A stretch of DNA of 64,000 nucleotides from Neoechinorhynchus agilis (lineage: Eukaryota > Animalia > Acanthocephala), in the NCBI GenBank assembly GCA_051530055.1, contig JBMGUZ010000004.1:73867-137866 (forward strand), written 5' to 3'. The translations under genes and the position numbers were made by a program. Positions 37,890 to 49,784 of this stretch are shown in pieces (position 1 is the first letter of the stretch; every line of letters starts with the position of its first letter). Under the pieces are notes generated by a model. It made no database searches. It had not been told where the DNA came from and saw only the letters and a list, made by a program, of their open reading frames with translations.

Positions 37890-39011
37890 AAAACAGAAGT
37901 TGTTATTTCTCCCCCACTTTTTAAATGATGGGGTAATGTTATTGCCATTAAACAAAGGAGGACTTGGGTTCTCGTCAATTAAGCATTCCGTGATGAGTTC
38001 AAGAATGAAGAGTTACACTGCAGCAAATTCACACTATCGTGATTTGGACGAAGACCAGCGTGTTTACAAAAATCTCGAGGAATATGTTATCAGCATCGCT
38101 GGATAACCGTCCGACTTCTCAGTCGAGAACATGAGGAATATTTATACAATATACCTCGAGAAAAAGTGGAAGACGCAACTACTTAATCGCTGGGAGTAAG
38201 CGCAATCACGGGGGACATTTCAATCATTCGGCGCGAACTTTCCGATACCGTCAAGAAAACTACTACAATTATACAATGTGAGTAAAAATGCGGTATCAAC
38301 TGCTGGAGGTTGCATCAAATCTCTCCAGGATGGGCCAAGCCCGAAGCACTGAAGACACTGGATGGCACCAGCACAGACGCAACTTCATGTACTAAATCTC
38401 TGCCCGAAAAACACAACTAAAATGGTAAAGCACCACGATGAGGTCCAAGGACGCTTTACATGGGATCTACAGAAGCGATGGGGCTCTCGGTGGGAGATTG
38501 ATACCGAGAACCGTATTATCGGTTTGAAGTTCCAATTGAGAATTGTACCCACAATCCAGGAGGGCAGGTGTAAAAACCGGATGCAATATTAGTCGATTAA
38601 AACGGCAAGCGATCATAGTTGACTTTGCCGTCTATTACGAAAATACAAATGAACGCACAGAGGAAATTATGACTGCGAAAGAGGATAAATATAAAGCAAA
38701 TAAAGATGAGGTAGCCATATAGCTGGATTTTCCTAATGAAAGCGTTTCGACAATGGGGCTCGCTATTGGCTCATTGATCAAGCGGCTAAAAAAAATTCAA
38801 TTTGTCAATTAAAACCGAAGTTCGGCAGAGAGGAGCTTAAAGACGTTCCACCTATTAATGACACGAAGCAGAAGAATCAATAATCTTTAAATAACAATGC
38901 ATGGAACACAATTCAAATAAATGAAGAATCGGCTATGAAGAAATATGGAAAAAATTGATCAAAAGTATTAAACCCGTGTGAAAGAAAATATCTCCAAAAT
39001 AAATGCATGCC
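37890..39011 (+). mobile_element. R2-like 3' fragment 'E', decayed, ending at the canonical R2 site
   Basis: LFLPHFLNDGV.LLPLNKGGLGF, HVLNLCP..KHHDEVQGRF. 3' end aataaatgcatgcc|tagccaaatgcc. Confidence 0.88.

Positions 39012-39042
<31 letters not shown>
39012..39042 (+). rRNA. 28S: 31-bp 28S fragment (+1..+31 of the R2 site)
   Basis: tagccaaatgcctcgtcatctaattagtgac. Confidence 0.9.
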
Positions 39043-39790
39043 ATTTTGAATCGAAAAAACTTACAAACACGCGGGTAAATGGTGGACGTAACTATGACTT
39101 TCCTAATTTCCGACAAAGATTCCCTAGGACCCAAAGAAACTATCGAAACTAAAGAAAGCTCATCAGTTTACCCCCATCCGCCGGGTACGAAGCGCTTCCG
39201 CGCTTAAGATGGCGATCTTCCAAACAATCAACCAACTGTTTCAACTGCATCAACTGCTGATTCGACTTATTTTTTCACCCAAGAGACAAAAAAGTCGAGA
39301 GTTAACTCCACATCGACCGGAAGCGAAGCGCATTTTTCAGATGGCGCTTTTCCCGATGATATGGAAGCCAAAAAGCGTTTGAGTGCGACAATAGCAACAA
39401 CATCATCACATATTTCAACTTCTGATCGCCCAAACAAATCCAATGAACTCACAGACGAACTCGCAACGGTTCAGCGTACCGAATCTCACAACACCAATGT
39501 TAATGCCGTGAACTCTTCGCAAATCGAAGTCGCGTGCCCTCTTGAATCGGATAAGCCTCTTGAATGCCCAATCTGTTTATTGCAGGTTGTTGGAAGAACA
39601 AGAAATCGGATTTTTCTGGACCACATGGCCGTCATTCACAATAAGAATTTAATCTCGTGGGTATGTCAACTATGCAAATCGTTTCGTAGTGAAGTTCCAG
39701 GGAGTGTCGGCTCTCATTAGAAACTTACTAGCAAACCGCAAGAAGGATGTCTTACTTGAGCAAACAATTTTAATCGTTCATATCGTGCAT
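39043..39790 (+). mobile_element. R2-like 5' fragment 'F' with a degenerate 28S leader and zinc fingers
   Basis: 39069-39107 acgcgggtaaatggtggacgtaactatgactttcctaat; CPIC..HMAVIH and CQLC..H fingers. Confidence 0.75.
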
Positions 39791-40443
39791 TGCACGTTCA
39801 TTGAGGCTCCTAGGTACCATCACGGGTCATCGGTACAAAGGTTAAAACAAACCATCGGCTCCAAAATCGCTCAATTCATCAGCGAACAAAACAGAACGAT
39901 GCGCGGAATGTACAAACAGCGATAGGAAACAGACGGCGATTTGCAATGTACAAAAAAACGGAAGAAATATAGTCCGTGAAATTATTTGGCGCACGTATAA
40001 ATTTTTATCATCATTTTTTAATCGAAATAATTTGTGACATGCTCGAAGTCTTTAAATTATCATGGATTTTATTCTTTTTTAAGGTATTCCATGAAAAATA
40101 TTCATTATTGAATTAAAGTGCGGTTTTAAGTTTCTCCGAATGAAAATTTATAATCGATTTGTAAAGCTGACAGCATATAAAATATGTTTTAAACCAGATG
40201 GAACGATTGATGAAAAAGGATCTAGTTTCAAAAAATTTGCAAGCTTATTTTGCAGCGGAGGATGACAAACGGACACCTTATCTTAAAAAGGTTCACTTAA
40301 TCCCGGAGTAGAGAATGCAAAGACCCGATTTTACGCATCGTCCCTTCACTAAAAATAGGCTTAAGTGGCTTCTCAAATCTAACATCGATTTTATAGTTGG
40401 AGATTTTAATGATCCCTCACTTAAATCGATTAAATAAATAGTT

Positions 40444-41104
40444 TTTTTGAAGAGTTGCAAAAGTTTTTCTTAAGCAAGCATACATAATTTATAGTTTCAT
40501 CAACGCTCCCATTCATCGGCACTGGCCAAAATGCTGGCCGCATTGCCCCGCTGCACCGCAATGCTTATTTTTTGCGCCAAGAACGACGTCGATCTTTGCT
40601 CTCCAGTCGCTGCGTAAATTCGTTTCCCCAAGTCCTTCGGGAGGGCTAGTGCCGACCCTCCCAAGGCCCCATACGTTTCCACACCGAAGGGGACAAAATG
40701 GTAATTTCTTGTTAGCTCCCTGTATTTTGAGCATTTCCGATCCTCTGCAGCCGTCGCCGCTCCTCCTAGACCTTTCTTCGAGTGGCTGATGTTGGAGTTT
40801 GCCAACGTGTCCACACACGTTGCATCCCACAACAAACATTTCCCCTCCCGCCAAGGAAATACGGTCACGCGGTAAACTTGGAAATCTCCTTGCTGTCTTA
40901 GTCGCCTGGATCGCAGTATCCTTGAGATTAGGTCTACCGATTTGCATCCCGCATCGCTGTTGCTGCGGCACTATAGTGGACTCTTCGGGTAGACACGGTC
41001 TCATATGCAAGACGTCATCGGGACGATTTCCAAGGCATGCTGAAATCAATTCCATTCTGAGTAGGACTCTAAAAACGCTTTCCCTTCCAAACATTCTAGA
41101 ACCC
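40444..41104 (-). mobile_element. CRE-clade REL retrotransposon 3' end with 5' inversion, A-tail and 11-bp TSD
   Basis: Minus strand: TVFPWREGKCLLWDATCVDTLA..FVPFGVET..QRGNA. Plus strand: LRLGLP..CCCG..GRHGLIC..RH..IN..ILEP. TSD aataaatagtt at 40433 and 41105. Confidence 0.85.
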
Positions 41105-41425
41105 AATAAATAGTTAACGCAGTAAGAAATCTCGACTATACGATACCACTGACTCCCTCTTTTTATTTGGTCAGAAACAACACTCATTCATTCTCAGATC
41201 TCTTCGTACATAAGAGGAGTATTAATTTATTACTTCGAATCAAGTGAAGTATTTTTGTTTGACTTTGCTAGACACGACGTTGCACTATGATCCTGCCTAC
41301 CCAAAGACTCATTGCGTATAAGCTCACACTGAACGCGCTCTCTTTCGACGTTTTATTCATTTAAGAAGAACGATCCATACACTTGCCAACATCTATCTTT
41401 TCTGAAGGTTTCTGGATGTCGGATG

Positions 41426-42170
41426 TTAAGGCAGGGAGGGCGGACTTGTGTTTGAAGGAGTTTTACAGGAGAATGACCGATTGGGAGTCCTTCCTTGTTC
41501 TCCGGTTGTTAAGGAAAGATTTGGCTTGGGGGAGGAAAGATTTTTGGTAGAGGGTGGTAACGAGGGGGGATGAAAAAGGTTTGGGTTACGGGTGTTTACG
41601 AGGGAAGAGTATTTAGAGATGAGGGAAGAAAATTGTGGAGGGGGTTGAAGAAGACGGAGGGCGTTTTTGGAGAAAATGGAGTGGAGGTGGGCGTCGAGGG
41701 GAGGGAGTGAAGTCCCGCATATTCTCGCTGCTCTCTTGTAAAAGCTTTCGAGGGAATGAAGAGCATTGGCGGAAAGGGCGAGGAAAGTGCGGAAGGCGTA
41801 TGTAAGGATAGGGAGGATGGCCGAGAGATAAAAGTGGGCAAGGTGTTTAGGGGATACGCCGAGACGCCGGAGGAGTTTGAGGAGGTAAAGACGAGGGTTT
41901 GTTTTAGAGAGTGTAAATGAAACGTGGGCATCCCATTTATCAAGGCGGGAGGAGAAGCGTGTGGGGAAAGTAACGAGTTGGGAAAGATGAGGGAGCGAGA
42001 GCGGGATCGGCAGTTTGTTTAAATCGCCCAATATGATGAAGTGATCTGAGGAAGCGGAAAGTAGGTCAGTAAATAGGTCGTCTATCTGTTGAAGTGTGTT
42101 GGGCATGTTTGAGGAAGGCGATAAAGGCCAGCGATAGAGATCTCACGTTGGACATTGCGGAGGGGGAGCC
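41426..42170 (-). mobile_element. Internally deleted L2/CR1-group LINE (APE fused to the ORF2 C-terminus)
   Basis: ILGDLN..FPTRFSSRLDK|WDAHV..LYLLKLLRR. The APE part is near-identical to 29170-29400. Confidence 0.85.
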
Positions 42171-42447
42171 CGGTAAATGATTATTTATTAAGACGTTTGA
42201 TGATGAACCGGACGAGACGCGTTTTCAAATCTCGAGTATTTGTTTGATTGATAATGTTTTCAATAAGCGCGTCTGAATTAAAGCGAAACACTACAAGTGA
42301 GTACACGATTGGGTTTTTAAGTATCTATCACGGCCATTAGTCCACTTGACCACCTCGACACAACTACGAAATGTCAAACTCAGCCAGTTTATCGACTCAG
42401 GGTGAGCGCTGTGTTCTATTTTAGGTTTTACTGGCAATCCGGTATTG

Positions 42448-42920
42448 TTATCATCATTAAATTTTAGTCTGTCCCTTTCTTGTCCGGCTAATTTTTTTAG
42501 GCCTAAAGCCAAACCAATTACATCAGAGAAGTGATATAACCACATAGTCTCTAGTTCACGGCTAAGAGTTTGCACATTCCTCCGGATCCTCAGATACCTC
42601 CAGAGGCGGGACTCATCAGTGAGTTTCCTCCTTCAGCGGTATTTCGTCATGCCCGTGATCCCGGTTAGGGGTCAAGTGGTTCGAATCCGTTACCACCAAT
42701 GACGCACAGCCAAAGGGGACGAAATACCGCTGAAGGGCGGAAACTCGCTGATGAGTCCCGCCTCCTGGAGGTATCTGAGGATCCGGAGGAATGTACAAAC
42801 TCTTAACCGTGCATTAGAGACTATGTTGTTATATCACTTCTATGATGCAATTGGTTTGACTTTATGCCTAAAAAAACAAGCCGGACAAGAAAGGAATAGA
42901 CTAAAATTTAATGATGGTAA
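42448..42920. repeat. ~200-bp imperfect inverted repeat (42448-42648 / 42718-42920) with a 69-bp spacer and hammerhead core motifs
   Basis: Arms are roughly 90% identical by eye. Each carries GAC-GAAA and CTGATGA-GTCCC. Confidence 0.85.
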
Positions 42921-43213
42921 TGTTTTCGAAAAGCGCGTCTAAATTAAAGCGAAGCACTAAGAGTGGGTACACGAATGCGTTTCAATTCTCTTGTTTTTAT
43001 TTTATTGATAACGATTTTAAAAAGCGCGTCTAAATTAAAGTGAAACACTAAGAGTGAGTACGAAAATGCGTTTTCAAATCTCGAGTTCTAATTTGATAGA
43101 TAATGTTCTCCCAAAGTGCGTATAAATTAAAGCGAAGCACTAAGAGAGGGTACATGACTGCGCTTTAAATCTCGAGATTTTATATGATTGATAATGTTTT
43201 CCAAAAGCGCGTA
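42915..43213 (+). repeat. 92-bp satellite A (short array)
   Basis: Consensus units. Confidence 0.85.
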
Positions 43214-44820
43214 TGAATAACTCAAGAACCATGAAAGCCATCGCAGATCCGAAATCAGATTTGGAATCAGCGCGTAAAGACGTACTAAATGAAATGATTT
43301 AGCAAACTACAGCTGTATTATTCACGTCGGTAATCGCATGATCATATTTGGTCAAAAGTCAAAAGAGTGAAAGATCACTTAATTTGCAAGATTCATTAAA
43401 ATCGGATTACACCATTGAAATCAGCGCGTCATATATGCTCAAGCTGATATATATATCATTTTGTTACCATTTTTAAGCACCATGGATAAAATTCAGGTGT
43501 CTTATATGAACTTTAATCTAAAAACCAATTATAAAAATTAAACAAACAATAAGCCGTTATTGCAGGTGTATTCGGCGTCAAAAGTAGATCTACAAAAGTT
43601 TATTTGATCTGAAATTTATTGATGTTTTAATATCAATAATCAAGGTTATAGGTCTAAAAATAGAACAACGAATAACTAAAGAGCAAAGAAAGCTATCGAA
43701 TATCCGGATACAGATTTGGAATCAGCGAGTAAAGTTGTACTGAATGAACTGATTTAGCAAGCTACAGCTGTATTATTCACGTCGGTAATCGCATGATCAT
43801 ATTTGATTAAAAGTCACAATACTGAAAGATTACTAAATTTGCAAGATTAATTAAGATCGGATATTACCATTGACATCAGCGCGCCAAATATGCTCAAACT
43901 GATACATCATTTTGTTACCACTTTGAAGAACCATGGTTATAATTCAGGTGTCTAATATGAACTTTAATCTTAAAAATAATTATAACAATTTAACAAGCAA
44001 CAAGAAGCCGTTATTGCACGTGTATTCGGCGTCAAAAGTAGATATACAAAAGTTAATTTGGTCTGAAATTTATTGATGTTTTAATATCAATAATCAAGGT
44101 TATAGGTCTTAAAATTGAACAACGAATAGCTCAAGAAAATTGATAGCTATCGCAGATCTTAATACAGATTTGGAATCAGCGCGTAAAGATGAACCGAATA
44201 AACTGATTAAGCAAGCTACAGCGGTATTATTCACGTCGGTAATCGCATGATCATATTTGGTCAAGAGTCACAAGAGTGAAAGATTACTAAATTTGCAATA
44301 TTCATTAAGATCGGATAACACCATTGAAATCAGCGCGTCAGATATGCTCAAACTGATATATCATTTTGTTACCACTTTTAAGAACCATGGATATAATTCA
44401 GGTGTCTAATATGAACCAGAATCTTAAAACTAATTGTTAAAATTTAACAAGCAACAAGAAGCCGTTATTGCAGGTGCATTCAGCGTCAAAAGTTGATCAA
44501 GAAAAGTTAATTTTGTCTGAAATTTATTGACGTTTTAATATCAATAATCAAGGTTATATGTCTCTCAATTGAACAACGAATAACTCAAGAACCATGAAAG
44601 CCATCGCGGGTCCGAATAGAGATTTGGAATCAGCGCGTAAAGATGTACTAAATGAAATGATTTAGCAAACTACAGCTGTATTATTCACGTCGGTAATCAC
44701 ATGATCATATTTGCACAAAAGTCACAAGAGTGAAAGATTACTAAATTTGCAAGATTCATTAAGATCGGATAACACCATTGACATCAGCGCGCCGGATATG
44801 CAAAAACTGATATATAATTG
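43214..44820 (+). repeat. ~454-bp satellite C array
   Basis: gatttggaatcagcg recurs at ~43259, 43714, 44168 and 44621. Confidence 0.92.
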
Positions 44821-44827
44821 TTTGTGG

Positions 44828-45668
44828 TTAACTTCAATTAAGACGCGCTTTTATAAAATATTATCAATACAATAAAGATCGGATTTAAAGACGCATTCGT
44901 GTACTCACTCTAAGATCTTCACTCTAATTTAGGCGCGCTTTTAGAAAACATTATCTATTCAATAAGAACTCGAGATTTGAAAGCGCATTCGTGTACTAAT
45001 TAGTTGTGCTTCGCTTGAATTCGGACGCTCTTTTGGAAAACATTATCAATACAATAAAAACAAGAGATTTGAAAACGCACTCGTACACTTACTCTCAGCG
45101 CTTCACATTAATTTAGATGCGCTTTTTAAAACATCATCAATACAATAAGAACAAGAAACTTTAATACGCATTCGTGTACTCACACCTAGTGCTTCGCTTT
45201 AACTTAGACGCGCTTTTGGAAAACACTATCACTATAATAAAAACTGGAGATTTGAAAACGCATTCGTGTACCCACTCTTAGTGCTTCGGTGTAATATAGA
45301 GGCGCTTTTGGAAAACATAATCAGTAAAACAAAAACTCGAGATTTGAAAACGCATTCATTTACTCACTCATAGTACTTTGCTTTAATTTAGACGCGCTTT
45401 TGGAAAACATTATCAATGCAATAAAAACAAGAAAATTTTTTACGCATTCGTGTACTCACACCTTGTGCTTCACTTCAATCTAGACGCGCTTTCGGAACAC
45501 ATTTTCAATCAAATAAAACAAGAGATTTGAAAACGCATTCGTTTACTCACTCTTTGTGCTTCGCTTTAATTTGGACGCGCTTTTGGAAGACATTATCAAT
45601 TTAATAAAAACTGGAGATTTGAAAACGCGTTCGAATACTCACTCTTTGTGCTTCGCTTTAATTTGGAG
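44828..45668 (-). repeat. 92-bp satellite A (inverted)
   Basis: Reverse-complement units. 45340-45590 reproduces the variant order of 4885-5130. Confidence 0.9.
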
Positions 45669-46790
45669 CAGAAATAAAATTTGTAGAGATCGGGTGAAGG
45701 GGTTCCTAAATGTCGGAGGCGTTTGAGGGGATAAATTTTAAAGGTATTGTGCTTGAGGGGGAGAGTGATGCGGGAGTCCCATTTCAAATTTTATTGAAAT
45801 TGGATGCTCAAAATTCTTAGGGAGGTTACTCGTAGGATGTCATTTAGAAGCTCAGGGGATGATGTGGGGTTACAGGCGAAGGGGATCATTTCGAAGCATT
45901 TAGAGAAATTCAGGTGGAGTTGGTGATTGGTGCAGAAATCTTTTATGTGTGTGATTTCTTTAGTGGTTAAGGAAATGGAGAGGTGAGGTGGTGAATGGGT
46001 GGATAAGGGTGATATCGTCGGTGTATAGGAAGAGTTTAGAGTTGGAGGAGAAAGTTTTTAGGTCGTTTAGGAAAATATTAGAGAAGTGGTGACAAGACAA
46101 CACTTTGAGGTACGCCTTTGGTGAGGGATAGGCTGATAGAAGAGGTAGAACGGCAGTGAATGTATTGTTTGGATTGTGAAGATTCGAACCAGCGGATCTG
46201 CTACAAGTTGAGACCAAAATCGGAGCAGGCTCGGGGAAGGAGTGAATGTTCCACAATATTTCAAGTTAGATGAGGCCGGTGATGAGGGAGGGATTATTGT
46301 CGAGGTTACGTAGGAGCGTGTCATAAACACAAAGTAGGGCATCGGTTGCAGAAAATTTGGACCGGAAGCCGAATTGTAGGTTCGATAACTTGAAACATTT
46401 TTCGATGATTTTTTGAAGAGTGGGTGGAGTGGAAATTGGACGGAAGAATTCGGCCAAAATAGGATGTCCTTTTTTGGAACAAGGATAACTTTTGCAGTTT
46501 TCAGGCATGAGGGTAGATGCCACGTAAAAAGCTGAGGTTTATAATGTGGGTAAGAGGGCCGATGAGCTCGGGGATGATGCACCGAAGAGCCAAATTTGGG
46601 ATTTCGGATTGATAGTACGAATTTCCAGGCAATTTCTTGAGATACTGTTGTACTTCATATGATTACAATGGAGGTATTGGCGAGTTGACAACAGTTTCAG
46701 GTGTGGGCGTGAAAGATTGTATGGTGACTGGTGTGGAGCAGTGAATGTAATTTGAGTCAGGGAAGAAGTTCTGATTAATGGAATCTAGCG
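45669..46790 (-). mobile_element. Decayed L2/CR1-group LINE ORF2 fragment
   Basis: QFGFRSKFSATDALL, LFLYTDD, KWDSRI..IYPLKRLR. Paralogous to 58140-58845. Confidence 0.8.
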
Positions 46791-46799
46791 ACGACGCCA

Positions 46800-47335
46800 G
46801 CAATGTTGAATGCTCTAAGGCCGTTTCTTAGAGGAGCTATCAAATGGACTGCGATGAATTCTAGATCGGGTTTTGTAGAGAGCCTGTGCCGATGTTATCC
46901 TTCGAATACCTTTTATTCGCTTACATTCTGAGATGCAGATGAAACCGGGAGGAACTATGGAAAGTTTTGATCTGCGAATCGCATCGGTCAATACCAAGCA
47001 GTCTCACTATTCACCCCCTACTCTTTGAGAATTTGAGCGAAGACACGACTCCGATGGTAACCAAGTCGAGAAGGCACAATGAAGAAAATTCGACGTTTAT
47101 CCGTGCAGAAATCAATCGACTATTGCGAGATCAAGTCATAGAACCCGCGAACTCACCTTGGCGAGCCTAAGTGATTGTCGTCAAGCGCGAAAATGGGAAA
47201 AAGCGACTTGTCGTTGACTTTTCGCAGACTATAAATAGGTTCACGTACTTGGACGCTTATCCGCTTCCCAAATTAAGCTCTCTTGTAAACGAAATCGCAA
47301 AATATGGATATTTCAGCCACTTAGACCTAAAAGAC
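46800..47335 (+). mobile_element. Ty3/gypsy pol fragment (protease end and RT start)
   Basis: IEPANSPWRA.VIVVKRENGKKRLVVDFSQTINRFTYLDAYPLP..FSHLDL. Confidence 0.85.
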
Positions 47336-48340
47336 GAATTCATAAAGACCACCATTCGCTTTAAAAGCTGTAAAGATCCTATCCAGCCTGTTGATTGGTA
47401 TTTGATGGTATGCATGTCGAAGATCGATGGTCGTAAAATATTTATATTGTGTTACTTCTCGGGCTAGATCGTCGATTTTTGGAAGAGGGTATGCATCTAG
47501 TTCAGTATATTTATTGATTGTCGATGCATAATCAATCACCATTCGAGGCTTACTTGCGTTACTTTGAACAATCAATACCTGCGCCCACTACGGAGACTGA
47601 CTATATGTAATTATTCCTTCCGATAACATACGTTTAACTTCTTTAATGAAGACTTTATCAAGTTGACTATAATTCCTTGATTTCACCGCTATTGGTCGAC
47701 AACCTTGGTTGAGATTTGCAAAAAGACGAGGAGTCATCTCTCCATTCATTGCCATGCATTCAAGCGATCCATCTCCATCAAAAAGGAATTTTAATTCCTT
47801 GAACTTATTCATAAATGATCTTCCCAAAATTATATCGGTGCATAAATTTTTAAGCGCATACAGTTCGACATTTTTATAGATAATCCCTTTGTATTTAATG
47901 TCGGAACGGGTTATTCCGGTCGTGCTCCGTTCTATATCGTCCTTAAACTGGCAATTATTACCTAATAATCTAAGTTCGGTCACGCAATCCCTTATGGACT
48001 CTGATTCAGTCTGTGGTCGAGTTATTAGTCGATACCTCGCTGCAACGACATTTGTAATTCTGCAGTATTCTTTTTTTAAACAGTTTGTTGCCTCTTCATA
48101 TGTTTTGCAAGATTTGATTTGAGCATACACTCTCGATCCAACGAAGTTTATCAAACGAATCAATTTTCCTTTGCCATCAATTTCAAGATCTTCGATATAA
48201 TTCTCAAAAGTCGTAAACTAGTGTTCGAATATTTCATGAGAGTTGCTATCGCTTGGTATTGTGAGTAATCTATCGGGTTTCAATAGATTATTGGTAACTT
48301 TAAGCATGGTTGTCTCGAGCGTACTTGACATGAATGTCTT
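47336..48340 (-). mobile_element. Second Ty3/gypsy element, gag-pro-RT remnant
   Basis: KPDRL..FENYIEDL, NVVAARYRLITRPQ..ESI, DIILGRSF, SQSP, RMVIDY..DAYPLPKIDDL..IDLRHAYHQIP. Confidence 0.85.
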
Positions 48341-48529
48341 TGCTTCTTGTTGTTCAGCTTTTTTTTGTTTAATAAATTGTACTGCACTTGGAGAGTTTTA
48401 TTAAACAAAAAACAACGTTCGAATAATTAACGACAATTTAACTGTGCAAACAGGTACTAAACCGATCGATAATGTAATCGACCGTATGCACGCATTTACG
48501 ATCGATTACGAATGACCACTTTTATCACA

Positions 48530-49380
48530 CCTTCTGCCAATATCGGTCAATTTGGTTAAGGCCTGTTATTGACATGTCATGGGCACTTTGTAGTTTCGCG
48601 ATTACATGAGGGGAATTCCGTAATAATTCAATAGGTCGATCGCCTGCGTTGAGCTTGTTTTGTGCAAAACGTCAGGTCTTCAATCATACGGCAGACGGGA
48701 GATTATTGCGATAGCAGTTGAGAACGCAGTGATACACTGCGGCTCTGCCATTGGTTGCGTTTTCTTTAATACATCTTTTTCCCGACATTGGTTCACATGG
48801 CTGCGTGCAGATACGACATCGTTATATTTTTTATGATACGAGCCGCATTCAATCGCGACGATCGACCATTGGTGGTCCCTCTTTAAGCGGTCGGTCGACA
48901 ATTGCACTGCAGAAACCCAAACCATAGATTCTTTGATTACATATATCGCAAGCAACACGTTCATCGAATTCATCACTAATGCGTGACACCGGTTGTTGCA
49001 AATTCAATGATTTACATCGATTATTGCTTTCTTCTCTTACCCGTCCGCAATCTTTTCGTTTAAAAATTTAGAATGACCAGTGCAGGTGGGTATTTGCTTT
49101 AAAATATTTTGCCACTGCAGGAATTATTGCTCTATACTTATCCCCTTTATGTGCCATCATTTCTTCGCTCCGGTCGTTGTGAGATTCATAATATGTCAAT
49201 GACATTGACTTCATTTGTCCGACGGTCAAGAAGGGTAAGATCACGTTTGAGGGGTTTTCCGTCGACGGTTTGGAGCTTATAGTTTTCGACCAATTCCACG
49301 ACATCGAAGAACTTTGTCAAGAGGGTCCATCTGAGTCTGCGAAGTACTCCGTCTTGTCGGTATATCATGGCAGCAATCAC
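48530..49380 (-). mobile_element. R2-like debris: REL fragment, then ZF4-like fragment fused to a thumb fragment
   Basis: KP..L.LLDRR..VIDI.TYYE..EEMMAHKGDKY (49085-49300); CGSYHKKYNDVVSARSHVNQC (~48790-48850); TQAIDLLNYYGIP..IAKLQSAHDMSIT (~48530-48660). Confidence 0.75.
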
Positions 49381-49384
49381 TTTT

Positions 49385-49628
49385 GGACACTCGTTAATAG
49401 GATGGAGAAAGGTCTCGTGTGGACACGAGCAGGGCCTGAAAGCACCGGGTCGGTCTTTGTCTACTCGGTTTAAGAATGAGGAAGACGATATGCAATGGAC
49501 CGGAAACGCTAAAGTTAGAAGGTGTGGATTTTACGATGAGAAGAACAGTGAGATATCTTGGCAGCGAAGTAAATAATACAAATTCGCTCGAACCCGAAAT
49601 AACTGCTCGTATACAATGCGGGTGCCTC
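49385..49628 (+). mobile_element. RTE fragment (inverted copy of ~11600-11800)
   Basis: gaaacgctaaagttagaaggtgtggat...gggtgcctcaattggaggaagatg. Confidence 0.85.
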
Positions 49629-49784
49629 AATTGGAGGAAGATGTCTTAACGATAGGAAAAGCGAAAGCGATTCACCTTCAATAACCACTAAGAAAGCTAC
49701 GGTCGAACAAAAGGCCAAAGAAACGTCTAAGCGAGTAGAAACAAGAGCAAATCCCGTCGCTCTGAATTCGCCATCGAAAATATG

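Noticed and set aside
41230-41345. Possible Penelope RT remnant (LHYDPAYPKTH)
   Set aside because: Too short and degraded to call.
42192-42220. ttgatgatgaaccggacgagacgcgt resembling a minimal PLE hammerhead
   Set aside because: Both cores are mutated and no stem I can be formed.
42670-42698. tRNA-like T-arm ggttcgaatccgttaccacca (or PBS on the minus strand)
   Set aside because: Only 12 nt follow the T-loop (16 expected) and there is no 5' half, so it cannot be called a tRNA or SINE.
43259-43285. satC segment ttggaatcagcgcgtaaag resembling canonical 28S ttggcagaatcagcggggaaag
   Set aside because: Match is short, flanks do not align, and the host 28S differs here.
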